This document shows positions 1 through 8,838 of a stretch of DNA of 64,000 nucleotides, one piece after another; within the stretch, counting starts at the first letter, position 1, and every line of letters starts with the position of its first letter. The position numbers and the translations under genes were made by a program. Below the pieces are notes generated by a model. It was not told the origin of the DNA. It worked only from the letters and a program-made list of their open reading frames with translations, and did no database searches. The DNA lies in assembly GCA_963720815.1 (NCBI GenBank), contig CAVRGX010000005.1, positions 733,736 to 797,735 of the forward strand. Direction: 5' to 3'. Source of the stretch: an uncultured Acidobacteriaceae bacterium (GTDB lineage Bacteria; Acidobacteriota; Terriglobia; Terriglobales; Acidobacteriaceae).

Positions 1-207
1 GATGGGGTGGTATGCGATCCGGCGTGCGAGCTCATTCCTTTGCAATGTCCCAAAACAAAACAGCCAGGAGAGAGGGTATTTTTTTGGGATTTTCATCTTC
101 GATGGGTCGGGGTGGAGGGTCGAACAGATGACGGAAGGATGGCCTGGGTCACCTCGCCGGTGATCTTCGCCATCGCCTATCGCTCTCGGTTGACGTAACA
201 TAGAGTC

Positions 208-456
208 ATGGCACGAGGGTGGGAAAGCAAATCCGTCGAGGAACAACAGTCGTCCGCAGATCTAACGGCTTCAGCTGTGGCCGTAGATGCCGCAAAGAAG
301 AGTGGTGTAGAGCGGGCAAAGCGCGAACGTCAAAAGCAGGAACTCGACCTGCAACGTGAGCGCGTTCTTTCTGAGCGCACGTCAAGCCCTGTGCGCCGGG
401 CGGCGCTGGAAGCAGCTTTGGCCGACATCGAGTCGCGTCTCGCGCTTCTCGCTTAA
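208..456 (+). CDS. small charged coiled-coil-like protein, function unknown
   Basis: 82-aa ORF with ATG start and a Lys/Arg/Glu-rich helical sequence (MARGWESKSVEEQQ...). It is followed by a palindromic element at 528-567. No family recognised. Confidence 0.4.
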   Translation: MARGWESKSVEEQQSSADLTASAVAVDAAKKSGVERAKRERQKQELDLQRERVLSERTSSPVRRAALEAALADIESRLALLA

Positions 457-527
457 GTAGGGCATTGTCTTAACCGCGGCTAAGCTTGGCGATTTTGAAG
501 TCGCGAAAGCTCAACGCACACAGTCGT

Positions 528-567
528 GGTGCCCCACCCTTCGCAAAAAGCGAAGGATGGGGTACCC
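528..567. repeat. REP-like GC-rich palindromic element
   Basis: ggtgCCCCACCCTTCGC-aaaaa-GCGAAGGATGGGGtaccc read directly. It lies between the convergent genes 208-456(+) and 628-1335(-). Same architecture as the CCCCAYATCTCGC..GCGAGATRTGGGG hairpins at 20214, 20466, 31220, 31323, 42547 and 42650. Confidence 0.7.
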
Positions 568-627
568 GCAGGTTTGCTGTACTCCCCGGCCGAGCGCCGC
601 TAGCGTAACTATCTGGAAGCAGAAATG

Positions 628-1335
628 TTACGACTGAATAGCGACCAACTGGTGTGCAATGGCGAAGAGCGCGAGTTCCAGTCGGGTCGAAACGCCGGTC
701 TTATCGAAGATATTCGACAGATGCCGTTTCACCGTTTCTTCGCTGATGCTGAACTGCTTGGCGATGTCGCGATTGCTGCAGCCTTCTACGATGCAGCCCA
801 CCACTTCCAACTCGCGCGGCGTTAGCCCATAGGTCTTGCGTTCGGGAACGGCGGCCTGCTGCATCAGCTCATGCAGTGCACCAACCAGGTTCACTACCCG
901 CTTGCCGCCAATCCAATAATCGCCCGATGAGACGGCCCGGATAGCGGTGGTCAGGTGATCGGCCAGGGCATCTTTAAGCACAATGCCACGGGCGCCAATT
1001 TGCAGCGCTTCAATGATCTGTTGGGTGGTAATCGTGCTGGTCAGCAGCAGGATCTTCACCGACGGCGACCCGCTCATGATGGCCCGCATTGCCTCGAGTC
1101 CAGGCAGTCGCGGCATCTGCAGGTCGAGAAGCAGGATGTCCGGCAGCAGTTCGAGCGTTCCGGTGATTGCCTCATCGCCATCCGATGCCTCGCCAATTAC
1201 CTCGAGGCCGGAATCGCTCTGGAGCATGTTCTTCACGCCGATTCGAACGACTGGATGGTCGTCGGCGATAACGATACGAATCTGATGTAGGCGGTCGCTG
1301 CTTTTTGTTGGCGCTGTGGTCATCGAGGTGGTCAT
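628..1335 (-). CDS. NarL/LuxR-family two-component response regulator (REC + LuxR HTH)
   Basis: N-terminal receiver (IVIADDHPVVR...LLLDLQMPRLPG) and C-terminal LuxR HTH (LTPRELEVVGCIVEGCSNRDIAKQFSISEETVKRHLSNIFDK). Confidence 0.85.
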   Translation of the reverse strand: MTTSMTTAPTKSSDRLHQIRIVIADDHPVVRIGVKNMLQSDSGLEVIGEASDGDEAITGTLELLPDILLLDLQMPRLPGLEAMRAIMSGSPSVKILLLTSTITTQQIIEALQIGARGIVLKDALADHLTTAIRAVSSGDYWIGGKRVVNLVGALHELMQQAAVPERKTYGLTPRELEVVGCIVEGCSNRDIAKQFSISEETVKRHLSNIFDKTGVSTRLELALFAIAHQLVAIQS

Positions 1336-1343
1336 GGGGGGCC

Positions 1344-2108
1344 CTAGGTGGTCTTGAATTTACCTGCCAGAAGCATATCCTCTAGCTCGCTGCAAGCACT
1401 CAGTAAATCATCGAAAACACGAGAGGTGGCCGCTACCTTGCCACTTCCACTTTCGAGGGATGCCGCGATCCCGGCGAGGCGTGTAGCCCCGATCATCGAT
1501 GCGGCTCCTTTGATGCGGTGGGCGGTCTGGCGCGTGCCGTCGTGATCGTTTCGCTGTTTCCTGAGTGTCTCCACGCACGTTCGGGTATCGGCGATGCACG
1601 CGTAGATGACGTCTTGTAGCGCTGCAGGCGGCATCATCGTCAGCAGTTTCCCCACCACCGACATGTCGAGCACTTCGGCGGCGGAGGTGGGAATCTTTCG
1701 CTTTGCCCGGGTGCCTGGTTGGCCTTTCTTCCCTGGGTCGAGCGCCTTGCGCAGTTCCTCAATCGCGAGCGGCTTGAGCAGAAAGCCATCGAAAGCCAGT
1801 AATTGCTGCCGTTGGGCTTCGGTGGCGCTCATGGCCAGCAAGAGGGGTTCAGGGCTGCCCAGAGCACGAACGCGCTGCGCCAATTGCCCTCCCGATACGC
1901 CTGGCATCTGCAGATCGACCAGCATGACGTTAGGTCGTGCTGCCTTTTCGGCGGCCAACAGCTCCAGGGCGGTCCCGGCGTCCGGTGCACGCAGCACCTC
2001 GTGACCTTCGTGAGCGATCAGCAGGGCGGCGAGTTCCAGGCTGACGGCATCGTCGTCCACCAAAAGGACTTTGCACCGGTTCTGCTCTGCTGTAGAGCTG
2101 GTAGTCAA
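1344..2108 (-). CDS. response-regulator receiver protein with C-terminal HPt phosphotransfer domain
   Basis: REC motif (VLLVDDDAVS...MLVDLQMPGVSG) plus an HPt-like helix containing the His (TAHRIKGAASMIGATRL). Confidence 0.8.
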   Translation of the reverse strand: MTTSSTAEQNRCKVLLVDDDAVSLELAALLIAHEGHEVLRAPDAGTALELLAAEKAARPNVMLVDLQMPGVSGGQLAQRVRALGSPEPLLLAMSATEAQRQQLLAFDGFLLKPLAIEELRKALDPGKKGQPGTRAKRKIPTSAAEVLDMSVVGKLLTMMPPAALQDVIYACIADTRTCVETLRKQRNDHDGTRQTAHRIKGAASMIGATRLAGIAASLESGSGKVAATSRVFDDLLSACSELEDMLLAGKFKTT

Positions 2109-2250
2109 GCGGCCGACCCTCCCGAATGATTACCTTAAGGCATTACTGTGTAAAAAGGTACTACCAACTATTACCCTTCTTTACCAAAGTAACGTGGCGG
2201 CTCCAATCCGCATCTGTGGATGGGGCTGCATTTGTGGTTTGAGGGAGAGG

Positions 2251-4782
2251 TCAGCGGAGAGCCGGCTCGATCTGGCTAAGCCAGTCGGGTGGCTTCAGAA
2301 TCTCTCGGGGTTTAGACCCATCGGCCGGGCCTACGATGCCGTCGCGCTCCATCAGGTCGATCAGGTGGGCAGCGCGGCCATAGCCGATGCGCAGCCGCCG
2401 CTGCAACAGGGAAGTGGAGGCCTTGCCGAACTCAAGCACCAGCCGCACCGCATCCTCAAAAAGCTCGTCGTTGGACTCGTCATCCGGCTCGGCATCCAGA
2501 TCGCGGCCCTTTTCGTCGCGCGGCGATTCAAGGAAGCCCTGCACGTAGTCCGCTTCACCCTGATTCTTCCAAAAGCCCACCACGGCCGCGATTTCCTTTT
2601 CGGTCACAAACGGAGCGTGGAGTCGCTGCAGGCGCGAGGTGCCCGGCGGAAGAAACAGCATGTCGCCGCGTCCGAGCAGAGCCTCGGCGCCGTTCGAATC
2701 AAGGATCGTGCGGGAATCGACCTTGGTGGCCAACCGGAACGAGATTCGGGTCGGTACGTTGGCTTTGATCAGGCCGGTTATCACATCCACCGAAGGCCGC
2801 TGCGTGGCCAGCACCAGGTGGATGCCGACTGCGCGAGCCATCTGCGCCAGCCGGGTGATGGCTTCTTCGACGTTTGCCTTGTCCAGCATCATCAGGTCGG
2901 CCAACTCGTCGATGATGATGATCATGTGCGGCAAAGGCTGCTCTTGCTCTCCGTCTTCGAAGAGGCTCGGTGTCTGATGGTCGAACAGCTTGTTGTACTG
3001 ATCGATGTTTCTTACGCTGCGCGAAGCCAGCAGCTTGAGGCGCCGTTCCATCTCCCGGACCGCATTGCGTAAAGCGTTTGCGGCCAGTTTCGGCTCGGTA
3101 ATGATGGGTGTAAACAGGTGCGGAATTCCTTCATACATCCCCAGTTCCACCCGCTTGGGATCCACCAGGATCAGCCTGACCTGTTGCGGCGTGGCCTTGT
3201 AGAGCACCGACATGATCATGGCATTGATAGCCACCGACTTACCGCTGCCGGTCGAGCCCGCGATCAGCACGTGGGGCATGGTGGCCAGATCGGCCGTCAC
3301 AATGCGCCCGTTGATATCTTTGCCCATGGCCAGCGTCAGCTTTGACTTGGTCTGGGTAAAGTTTTCCGCTTCGATGATGTCGCGCAGCCAGATGGTCTCG
3401 CGGTCATGATTTGGCACTTGAATGCCCACGGTGCTCTTTCCTGCCATGCGCTCGATGAGGATACTCTCGGCGCGCATCGCTAGGCACAGATCTTCCGCGA
3501 GGCCGGTTACACGGCTGTACTTGACGCCCGCTTCAGGGCGAAACTCGAAGGTGGTGACGACCGGTCCAGGATTGATCTGTACGACCGTGCCTCCCACGGC
3601 GAACTCGGCGCACTTCTGTTCGAGTACCCGGGCCTGTGTGCGCAGGTCGTCTTCGCGCACGATCTGGGACTCATCGCTGCGGTGCAGCAAGGTGCTCGGC
3701 GGTAGCTGGAAGCCACTCACGTTGCGCGGCGTCAGCGTAACCGTCCGGGCCTCTGCGTCGGCGCGGCCCTTTACGGAAATCGCCTGAGCCTCATGATGCG
3801 CAGCCAGCAAGTTAGGTGCGGGGCCGGAGGGCGGCGTGGCCTTGGCCGTGACCGGCGTGGGCGCGGGCATAGCCGTCGGGAGGGAATCTTCTTCTTCCAC
3901 CAGAAACTCAGCGGGTTCAAGCGCTTCAGGCTCCTGATCGGGGATACTGGTGCGCGGCATCTGGTTCCACAGCGATGAGGTATGTGGGCTCGCCGCCTCA
4001 GCCTGGGGAGCACCCATTTCGGCAAAGGAACCGCGGCGCGAGGCGGGGGCCTGCTCCTCTGTCCGCCTGGCCTTCTTCGATGTCGGTTTTTCCGCCGTCG
4101 CCAGGGCCTTCACCTGGGCACGGTCTTGCGCCTTGGCAGCCTTAAGGGCACGCTTTTCCGTGCGGCTTCTTAGCCAGGCAGAACGCCAGTTGCGGAAGCG
4201 ATCACGCCAGGCAAGGACGAACGCGAAGCGGATAGCCATCCACTGCTGCGCAGTACTGAAGCTGAACGTGGTGGAGAGATAGAGCGCAATCACCACCATG
4301 CTGATGATGACGATCGCTGCGCCGGGGAGATTGAGGTAGTGAATTAGGGAATCGACCACCAGGCGCCCCGTCAGGCCCTCGAGCGGCAAGGCATGCGACC
4401 AGCGAAGATTGCCGGGAAGCAGGCCAAAGAGCGCAGGCGCGAACACCATGTAAAGCAGAACACCGGCGGCTTTCGCAGTGGCCGACCCGGCGGCTCGCGA
4501 GCGCAGCCATGTCCAGCCTACTGCGCCCAGCATCAGCGGAAACAGGAAGGCGGCAACGCCTTCGAGCTGCAGCAAAAGGTCGCTGAGGCCCGCTCCGATG
4601 AGCCCGGTCCAGTTATGAGCCTGCTTGCCGGCGCCTCCCACGGTATTGAATGAGGGATCGGTCGGATAATACGAGGCCAGCGCAAGGAAAAGGAGGCTCG
4701 CGGCCACGAGCAGTACCATGCCGGTCACTTCATTCAGGCGACGGTTGCGCGTGGGGGTCAATGCCAGTTCGAGTGGCTTCAT
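2251..4782 (-). CDS. ftsK: DNA translocase FtsK
   Basis: 843 aa. N-terminal TM helices, Pro/Ala-rich linker, Walker A (IAGSTGSGKSV), and a C-terminal gamma winged-helix (SLLQRRLRIGYGRAAHLIDLMERDGIVG). Confidence 0.95.
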   Translation of the reverse strand: MKPLELALTPTRNRRLNEVTGMVLLVAASLLFLALASYYPTDPSFNTVGGAGKQAHNWTGLIGAGLSDLLLQLEGVAAFLFPLMLGAVGWTWLRSRAAGSATAKAAGVLLYMVFAPALFGLLPGNLRWSHALPLEGLTGRLVVDSLIHYLNLPGAAIVIISMVVIALYLSTTFSFSTAQQWMAIRFAFVLAWRDRFRNWRSAWLRSRTEKRALKAAKAQDRAQVKALATAEKPTSKKARRTEEQAPASRRGSFAEMGAPQAEAASPHTSSLWNQMPRTSIPDQEPEALEPAEFLVEEEDSLPTAMPAPTPVTAKATPPSGPAPNLLAAHHEAQAISVKGRADAEARTVTLTPRNVSGFQLPPSTLLHRSDESQIVREDDLRTQARVLEQKCAEFAVGGTVVQINPGPVVTTFEFRPEAGVKYSRVTGLAEDLCLAMRAESILIERMAGKSTVGIQVPNHDRETIWLRDIIEAENFTQTKSKLTLAMGKDINGRIVTADLATMPHVLIAGSTGSGKSVAINAMIMSVLYKATPQQVRLILVDPKRVELGMYEGIPHLFTPIITEPKLAANALRNAVREMERRLKLLASRSVRNIDQYNKLFDHQTPSLFEDGEQEQPLPHMIIIIDELADLMMLDKANVEEAITRLAQMARAVGIHLVLATQRPSVDVITGLIKANVPTRISFRLATKVDSRTILDSNGAEALLGRGDMLFLPPGTSRLQRLHAPFVTEKEIAAVVGFWKNQGEADYVQGFLESPRDEKGRDLDAEPDDESNDELFEDAVRLVLEFGKASTSLLQRRLRIGYGRAAHLIDLMERDGIVGPADGSKPREILKPPDWLSQIEPALR

Positions 4783-4931
4783 CGGGGATACGCGGTGCGT
4801 GGCCGCCCGGACACACCGAGGGCGGCGCCAATTCAGACTGCCAGAGTGGCTTCATTATCCCAGAGATAGCTAACCAAAAAACAAAAACCCGGCTCTGTAC
4901 CCGGATGGGGAATCGATTCCGTGACTCCCTT

Positions 4932-5045
4932 AGAGCAGAACCGGCATAAGTGTACCCGGTGGACATCGGGGAAGTTGGATTTTCCTGATGAAAAATCCAG
5001 TCAAGCGTCCTCGCCGCTGGGTACAAGTTGTGCTGATTCTGCTCT
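4932..5045 (-). repeat. ~110-bp structured repeat family, copy 1 (minus orientation)
   Basis: Its reverse complement aligns with the copies at 29394, 41485 and 58820. Terminal inverted arms are AGAGCAGAAnCnGCA..GTACCC / GGGTAC..TGC..TTCTGCTCT, with a central GGATTTTnC..GAAAAATCC hairpin. Confidence 0.8.
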
Positions 5046-5071
5046 AGTCGCCTGCCACCCGGTTGCACCAA

Positions 5072-5102
5072 GCTGATGCAGGCTGATTCAGCCTGCATCA
5101 GC
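5072..5102. repeat. perfect 15-bp-arm palindrome
   Basis: GCTGATGCAGGCTGA-t-TCAGCCTGCATCAGC, followed by a second small palindrome GCCTGAATCAGGC (5101-5113). It lies 3-prime of the minus-strand gene ending at 5191. Confidence 0.75.
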
Positions 5103-5190
5103 CTGAATCAGGCGGCGCCAAGTCGGACGAGGTCGCGAGGACAAGTCAGAGGTGGTTGATGGATGGTAGCGGAGAGAAGATCCTGATAGC

Positions 5191-5673
5191 TCAGGGTCTC
5201 GGCGCGGGCAAGGGACTACTTAATTGCAGCCGCCAAATGCCATCACGCCGGATGAGCATATGCAGCACGTTCTCGCTGAAGGCGTTCTTGCTTCCCGGCT
5301 TGGTGTAGACCTTGGTGTAGGTCACGCAAGCCGCATCGCCAAATAGATGCTCTCGCATATTGGTAGCAGTGATCAGGTAGGGTTCGCGCCGGCGTTCGTG
5401 GAGGTCGAGGCGGGCCAGAACATCCGCCTTGCTTGCGGTCATGCCGTCCGGTCTCAGGCCGACGTAGTCGTCCGCCAGGATCGTTCCCGCGATCGCGGTA
5501 TCGTCCTCGATCTCCGCGCGCAGATATTCCTCTTCGAGCCTTTGCAGGACTTCGAGGTCTCTCTGAGGGGTACTTTTGCCTGGGGCTAAACCCGATTGCG
5601 ACCTGGAGGGCGCCTGCGCTGCAATCGTTTGAGAAAAAGGTGACACTAGCAGAATCAGGAGCATGGTAGACAT
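5191..5673 (-). CDS. secreted SnoaL-like / DUF4440-like protein
   Basis: The ORF extends to 5736, but the likely start is MSTMLLILLVSPFSQTIAAQA (signal peptide). The C-terminal ...LIRRDGIWRLQ resembles NTF2/SnoaL-fold proteins. Confidence 0.55.
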   Translation of the reverse strand: MSTMLLILLVSPFSQTIAAQAPSRSQSGLAPGKSTPQRDLEVLQRLEEEYLRAEIEDDTAIAGTILADDYVGLRPDGMTASKADVLARLDLHERRREPYLITATNMREHLFGDAACVTYTKVYTKPGSKNAFSENVLHMLIRRDGIWRLQLSSPLPAPRP

Positions 5674-5713
5674 GCTCCACCCCGCCACTTTGTTGTCGGC
5701 AGGGCCAGGCATG

Positions 5714-5998
5714 CTATTTTTCGACTTCCACTCCACGCCAAAAAGCTACGTGATTCTTGACGTTGCGGGCTGCAGGTTTAGGATCGGGGTAATACCACGC
5801 AGCATCCTGATTTTCCTGTCCGTCAACCAGCAGGCTGTAGTAGCGAGCCTGACCCTTCCACGGACAGGTCGAAATGGTAGAACTGGGCCGGAAGTATTCC
5901 CGCTTGAGGGAGCCCTCCGGAAAATACAGATTGCCTTCGACCATCTCGATCGTATCGCTTTCCGCGATGACTTTGCCGTTCCAAGTTGCCTTTGCCAT
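5714..5998 (-). CDS. DUF427 domain protein
   Basis: MAKATWNGKVIAESD..VEGNLYFP...CPWKGQARYYSL...AAWYYPDP is the characteristic DUF427 pattern. The start was chosen at the internal Met of ORF 5714..6034. Confidence 0.7.
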   Translation of the reverse strand: MAKATWNGKVIAESDTIEMVEGNLYFPEGSLKREYFRPSSTISTCPWKGQARYYSLLVDGQENQDAAWYYPDPKPAARNVKNHVAFWRGVEVEK

Positions 5999-6345
5999 AA
6001 CTAGGTCTATCCTTGCATACCTTATTACTTTCACCTTAGCAGATGAGAGGGCTGCACTGGCATCTTGCCCTATTCACCCCATGGAACGCAAAGAAATGAG
6101 CCCAAGAGAGGGAAGAATCAGGAGGTGGTTGTATAGGGCTTTTAAATATCTGAGGGCTTTTCCTGAGCCTCTTCGAGATACTTGAAGCCCTTCGAGCTAC
6201 CGGGGGCCTTCAGGCGACCGGGAGCGGCTCGGCCTTGGTCTGGTACTGCAGGTCTTCGACTGACTCCGACGATGGTGGTTCCGCTATTTTTTTGGAGTAG
6301 CTGCAGACGATTTGCTCTGCAGGCTCCTCCACAGCGGCGCCTTTC

Positions 6346-8838
6346 TTAGCTCGCTTTTTGGGCGCTTCCTCTTCTGCGGCAGACTTGCGATTGTTGGGGC
6401 AGACCAGGTACACGCCGGTCGTACGCGTCTTCTTCGAGCAGGTAAGTGCTGACGCATTCGGGGCACTTCTCCGGAACCGGCTTGGCGTTCGAAGTGAAGT
6501 CGCATTTGGGATAGTTGGTGCAACCGTAGAACAGGTTGCCGCGCCGTGCCTTTCGTTCCGCGATGTCTCCATCGCCGCACGTCGGGCACTTCATCCCTGC
6601 AATAATGTTTTGCTTGATGTACTTGCACTTGGGATACGCACTGCAGGAGACAAACTCTCCATACTGGCCATTGCGCAGCACGAGTTGCGATGCGCACTTG
6701 GGGCAATTCTCATCGAGCGGCTGCGGCGCCTTTTGTTGCTGCTTCGCGGTCAGCTTGCGCGTGGTCTTGCAGGGTGGATCTTCGTTGTAGCCAGGGCACG
6801 CCATGAAAGCGCCAAAGCGCCCACGCTTCAGCACCATCACACGGCCGCAGGCCTCGCAGTATTCTTCCGACTGCTCCGCGTCCTGCCCTTCCTGCGTGTT
6901 CATTTCCGGTTTCGCGGCGAAGTTCTCCTTGGTGAAGGTACAGCTGTTCTTGTCCTTCTTGTTGTAGGCGCTGCAGGCGAAGAAGCTGCCGAACTTGCCC
7001 CACTTCAAGACCAGAGGAGAACCGCACACGTCGCACTTTTCGTCGGTCGGCTTCTCCATCCGCTTGATGTTTTCCATGTGCTTGCCAGCATGTTCGAGCT
7101 CTTTCTCGAAATGCCCATAGAAGCCGCCCAGCAAGGTTGTCCACGCTTCCTTGCCCTCTTCGATGTCGTCCAGTTCTTCTTCGAGCTTTGCGGTGTATTG
7201 CGGGTCGAAGATGTAAGGAAAGTTGGCGACCAGCAGGTCGGTCACGACAAAGCCGATTTCGGTCGCGATAAACTTTGCGCCTCTGCCGGTACCGACCTTC
7301 TGAACGTATTCCCGCTCCTGAATCGTATTAATGATGGTGGCGTAAGTCGAAGGCCGGCCAATGCCGCGCTCTTCCAGCTCCTTTACCAGCGAGGCTTCGT
7401 TGAAGCGTGGCCTGGGCTCAGTGGCATGCTGCTCGGGCAGCAAAGCGTTGAGCTCCAGGGCCTGCGCGTTGTCGAGCGCAGGAAGCCTGTTCTTCAGCTC
7501 CTCGTCCTCGTCATCCTTCTTGTCTTTGGACTCTTCGTAGACCTTGAGGAAGCCGTCAAACTTCATCACCGAACCGGTGACGCGGAAGTTGTAGGTGCGA
7601 TCGGATTTTGCTGCGATTTCTACGGTCGTCTGATCGAAGACTGCAGGCACCATCTGCGATGCGACGAATCTCTGCCAGATGAGCCGGTAGAGGCGCAACT
7701 GCTCGTCACTGAGGTACTGCTTGATCTCGTCCGGGTGCAGCGTGACGCTGGTCGGGCGAATCGCTTCGTGTGCGTCCTGTGCGTCCTTCTTGCTCTTGAA
7801 GGTATTGGGCGCCGCCGGCAGATAGTCGTTACCGTGCACCTGCTCGATATATTTGCGGGCCTCGGCAATTGCATCGGCTGACACGCGGGTGGAGTCGGTA
7901 CGCATGTAGGTAATCAGGCCGACCGAGCCTTCGCTTCCCAGCTCAATGCCTTCATACAAACGCTGGGCCACACCCATGGTGCGGCGAACGCTGAAACCGA
8001 GCTGCCGTGAAGCATCCTGCTGTAATTTGCTGGTGGTGAAAGGTGCGGTGGGGTTACGCCGCCTCTCCTTTTTCTCTACGTTCTGGACAGACCATTTTGC
8101 TTTTTCGAGCGCTGCCACCACGGCGTCCATTTCCACCTTGCCGGGCAGGGAGGGAGCGTCTACCGTTTCCACCGCGGCTTTTACGCCATCAATGCCGGTA
8201 AAGCGCGCGGTGAATTCAGTCTTGTCGTTTGCCGGCGTCAGCTGTGCGTCGAGTGTCCAATACTCCACTGGCTGGAACGCCCGAATTTCCCGTTCACGCT
8301 CCACGATCAATCGCAGGGCTACGGTCTGTACACGCCCTGCGGAAAGTCCGCGGCGCACCTTGTCCCAGAGCAAGGGGGAAATCTGGTAACCCACGATGCG
8401 ATCAAGCACACGGCGCGTTTGCTGCGCATAGACCAGGTTGCGGTCCACATCCCGTGCATGCTCAAAGGCTTCGTTTACCGCCTTCTTCGTAATTTCATTA
8501 AAGGTGACGCGGCGAATCGAATTGTCTTTGGACAGACCACGCAGTTCATCTTCAAGATGTGCCGCAATCGCTTCTCCCTCGCGGTCAGGATCGGGCGCCA
8601 GATAAATGACGGACGAGGACTTCGCCAGCTTCTTGAGCCGGTCCACAACCTTTTCTTTGCCCGGAATGACGATCAGCTCAGGTTCGAAGGTGCCGTCGCT
8701 CAGATCCACGCCGATCTTATTCTTCGGCAGATCTTTGATGTGCCCGACGGAAGCCTCAACCGTGAAGTCTTTTCCGAGATATTTACTGATCGTCTTTGCT
8801 TTGGCAGGCGATTCGACGATCACTAGTGATTTACTCAT
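6346..8838 (-). CDS. topA: DNA topoisomerase I; 3-prime end probably frameshifted, restored reading frame would end at 6210
   Basis: TOPRIM N-terminus (MSKSLVIVESPAKAKTISKYLG), then four C4 zinc-ribbon modules. A fifth module starts in this frame (CPECVSTYLLE) and continues in the +1 frame (KTRTTGVYLVCPNN...). Confidence 0.95.
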   Translation of the reverse strand: MSKSLVIVESPAKAKTISKYLGKDFTVEASVGHIKDLPKNKIGVDLSDGTFEPELIVIPGKEKVVDRLKKLAKSSSVIYLAPDPDREGEAIAAHLEDELRGLSKDNSIRRVTFNEITKKAVNEAFEHARDVDRNLVYAQQTRRVLDRIVGYQISPLLWDKVRRGLSAGRVQTVALRLIVEREREIRAFQPVEYWTLDAQLTPANDKTEFTARFTGIDGVKAAVETVDAPSLPGKVEMDAVVAALEKAKWSVQNVEKKERRRNPTAPFTTSKLQQDASRQLGFSVRRTMGVAQRLYEGIELGSEGSVGLITYMRTDSTRVSADAIAEARKYIEQVHGNDYLPAAPNTFKSKKDAQDAHEAIRPTSVTLHPDEIKQYLSDEQLRLYRLIWQRFVASQMVPAVFDQTTVEIAAKSDRTYNFRVTGSVMKFDGFLKVYEESKDKKDDEDEELKNRLPALDNAQALELNALLPEQHATEPRPRFNEASLVKELEERGIGRPSTYATIINTIQEREYVQKVGTGRGAKFIATEIGFVVTDLLVANFPYIFDPQYTAKLEEELDDIEEGKEAWTTLLGGFYGHFEKELEHAGKHMENIKRMEKPTDEKCDVCGSPLVLKWGKFGSFFACSAYNKKDKNSCTFTKENFAAKPEMNTQEGQDAEQSEEYCEACGRVMVLKRGRFGAFMACPGYNEDPPCKTTRKLTAKQQQKAPQPLDENCPKCASQLVLRNGQYGEFVSCSAYPKCKYIKQNIIAGMKCPTCGDGDIAERKARRGNLFYGCTNYPKCDFTSNAKPVPEKCPECVSTYLLEEDAYDRRVPGLPQQSQVCRRRGSAQKAS

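Noticed and set aside
4875-4905. Possible minus-strand terminator (CCGG-loop-CCGG followed by TTTTTGTTTTTT) downstream of the 110-bp element.
   Set aside because: The stem is only 4 bp. The T-tract is good, but the hairpin is too weak to call from sequence alone.
6358-7881. 507-aa plus-strand ORF.
   Set aside because: It is an antisense shadow ORF inside topA, typical of high-GC DNA, with Arg/Leu/Ala-rich composition and no recognisable motifs. The same reasoning applies to 2071..3072, 31436..32452, 43617..44489, 45470..46309, 48021..48950, 60231..60941, 62801..63580 and similar ORFs.
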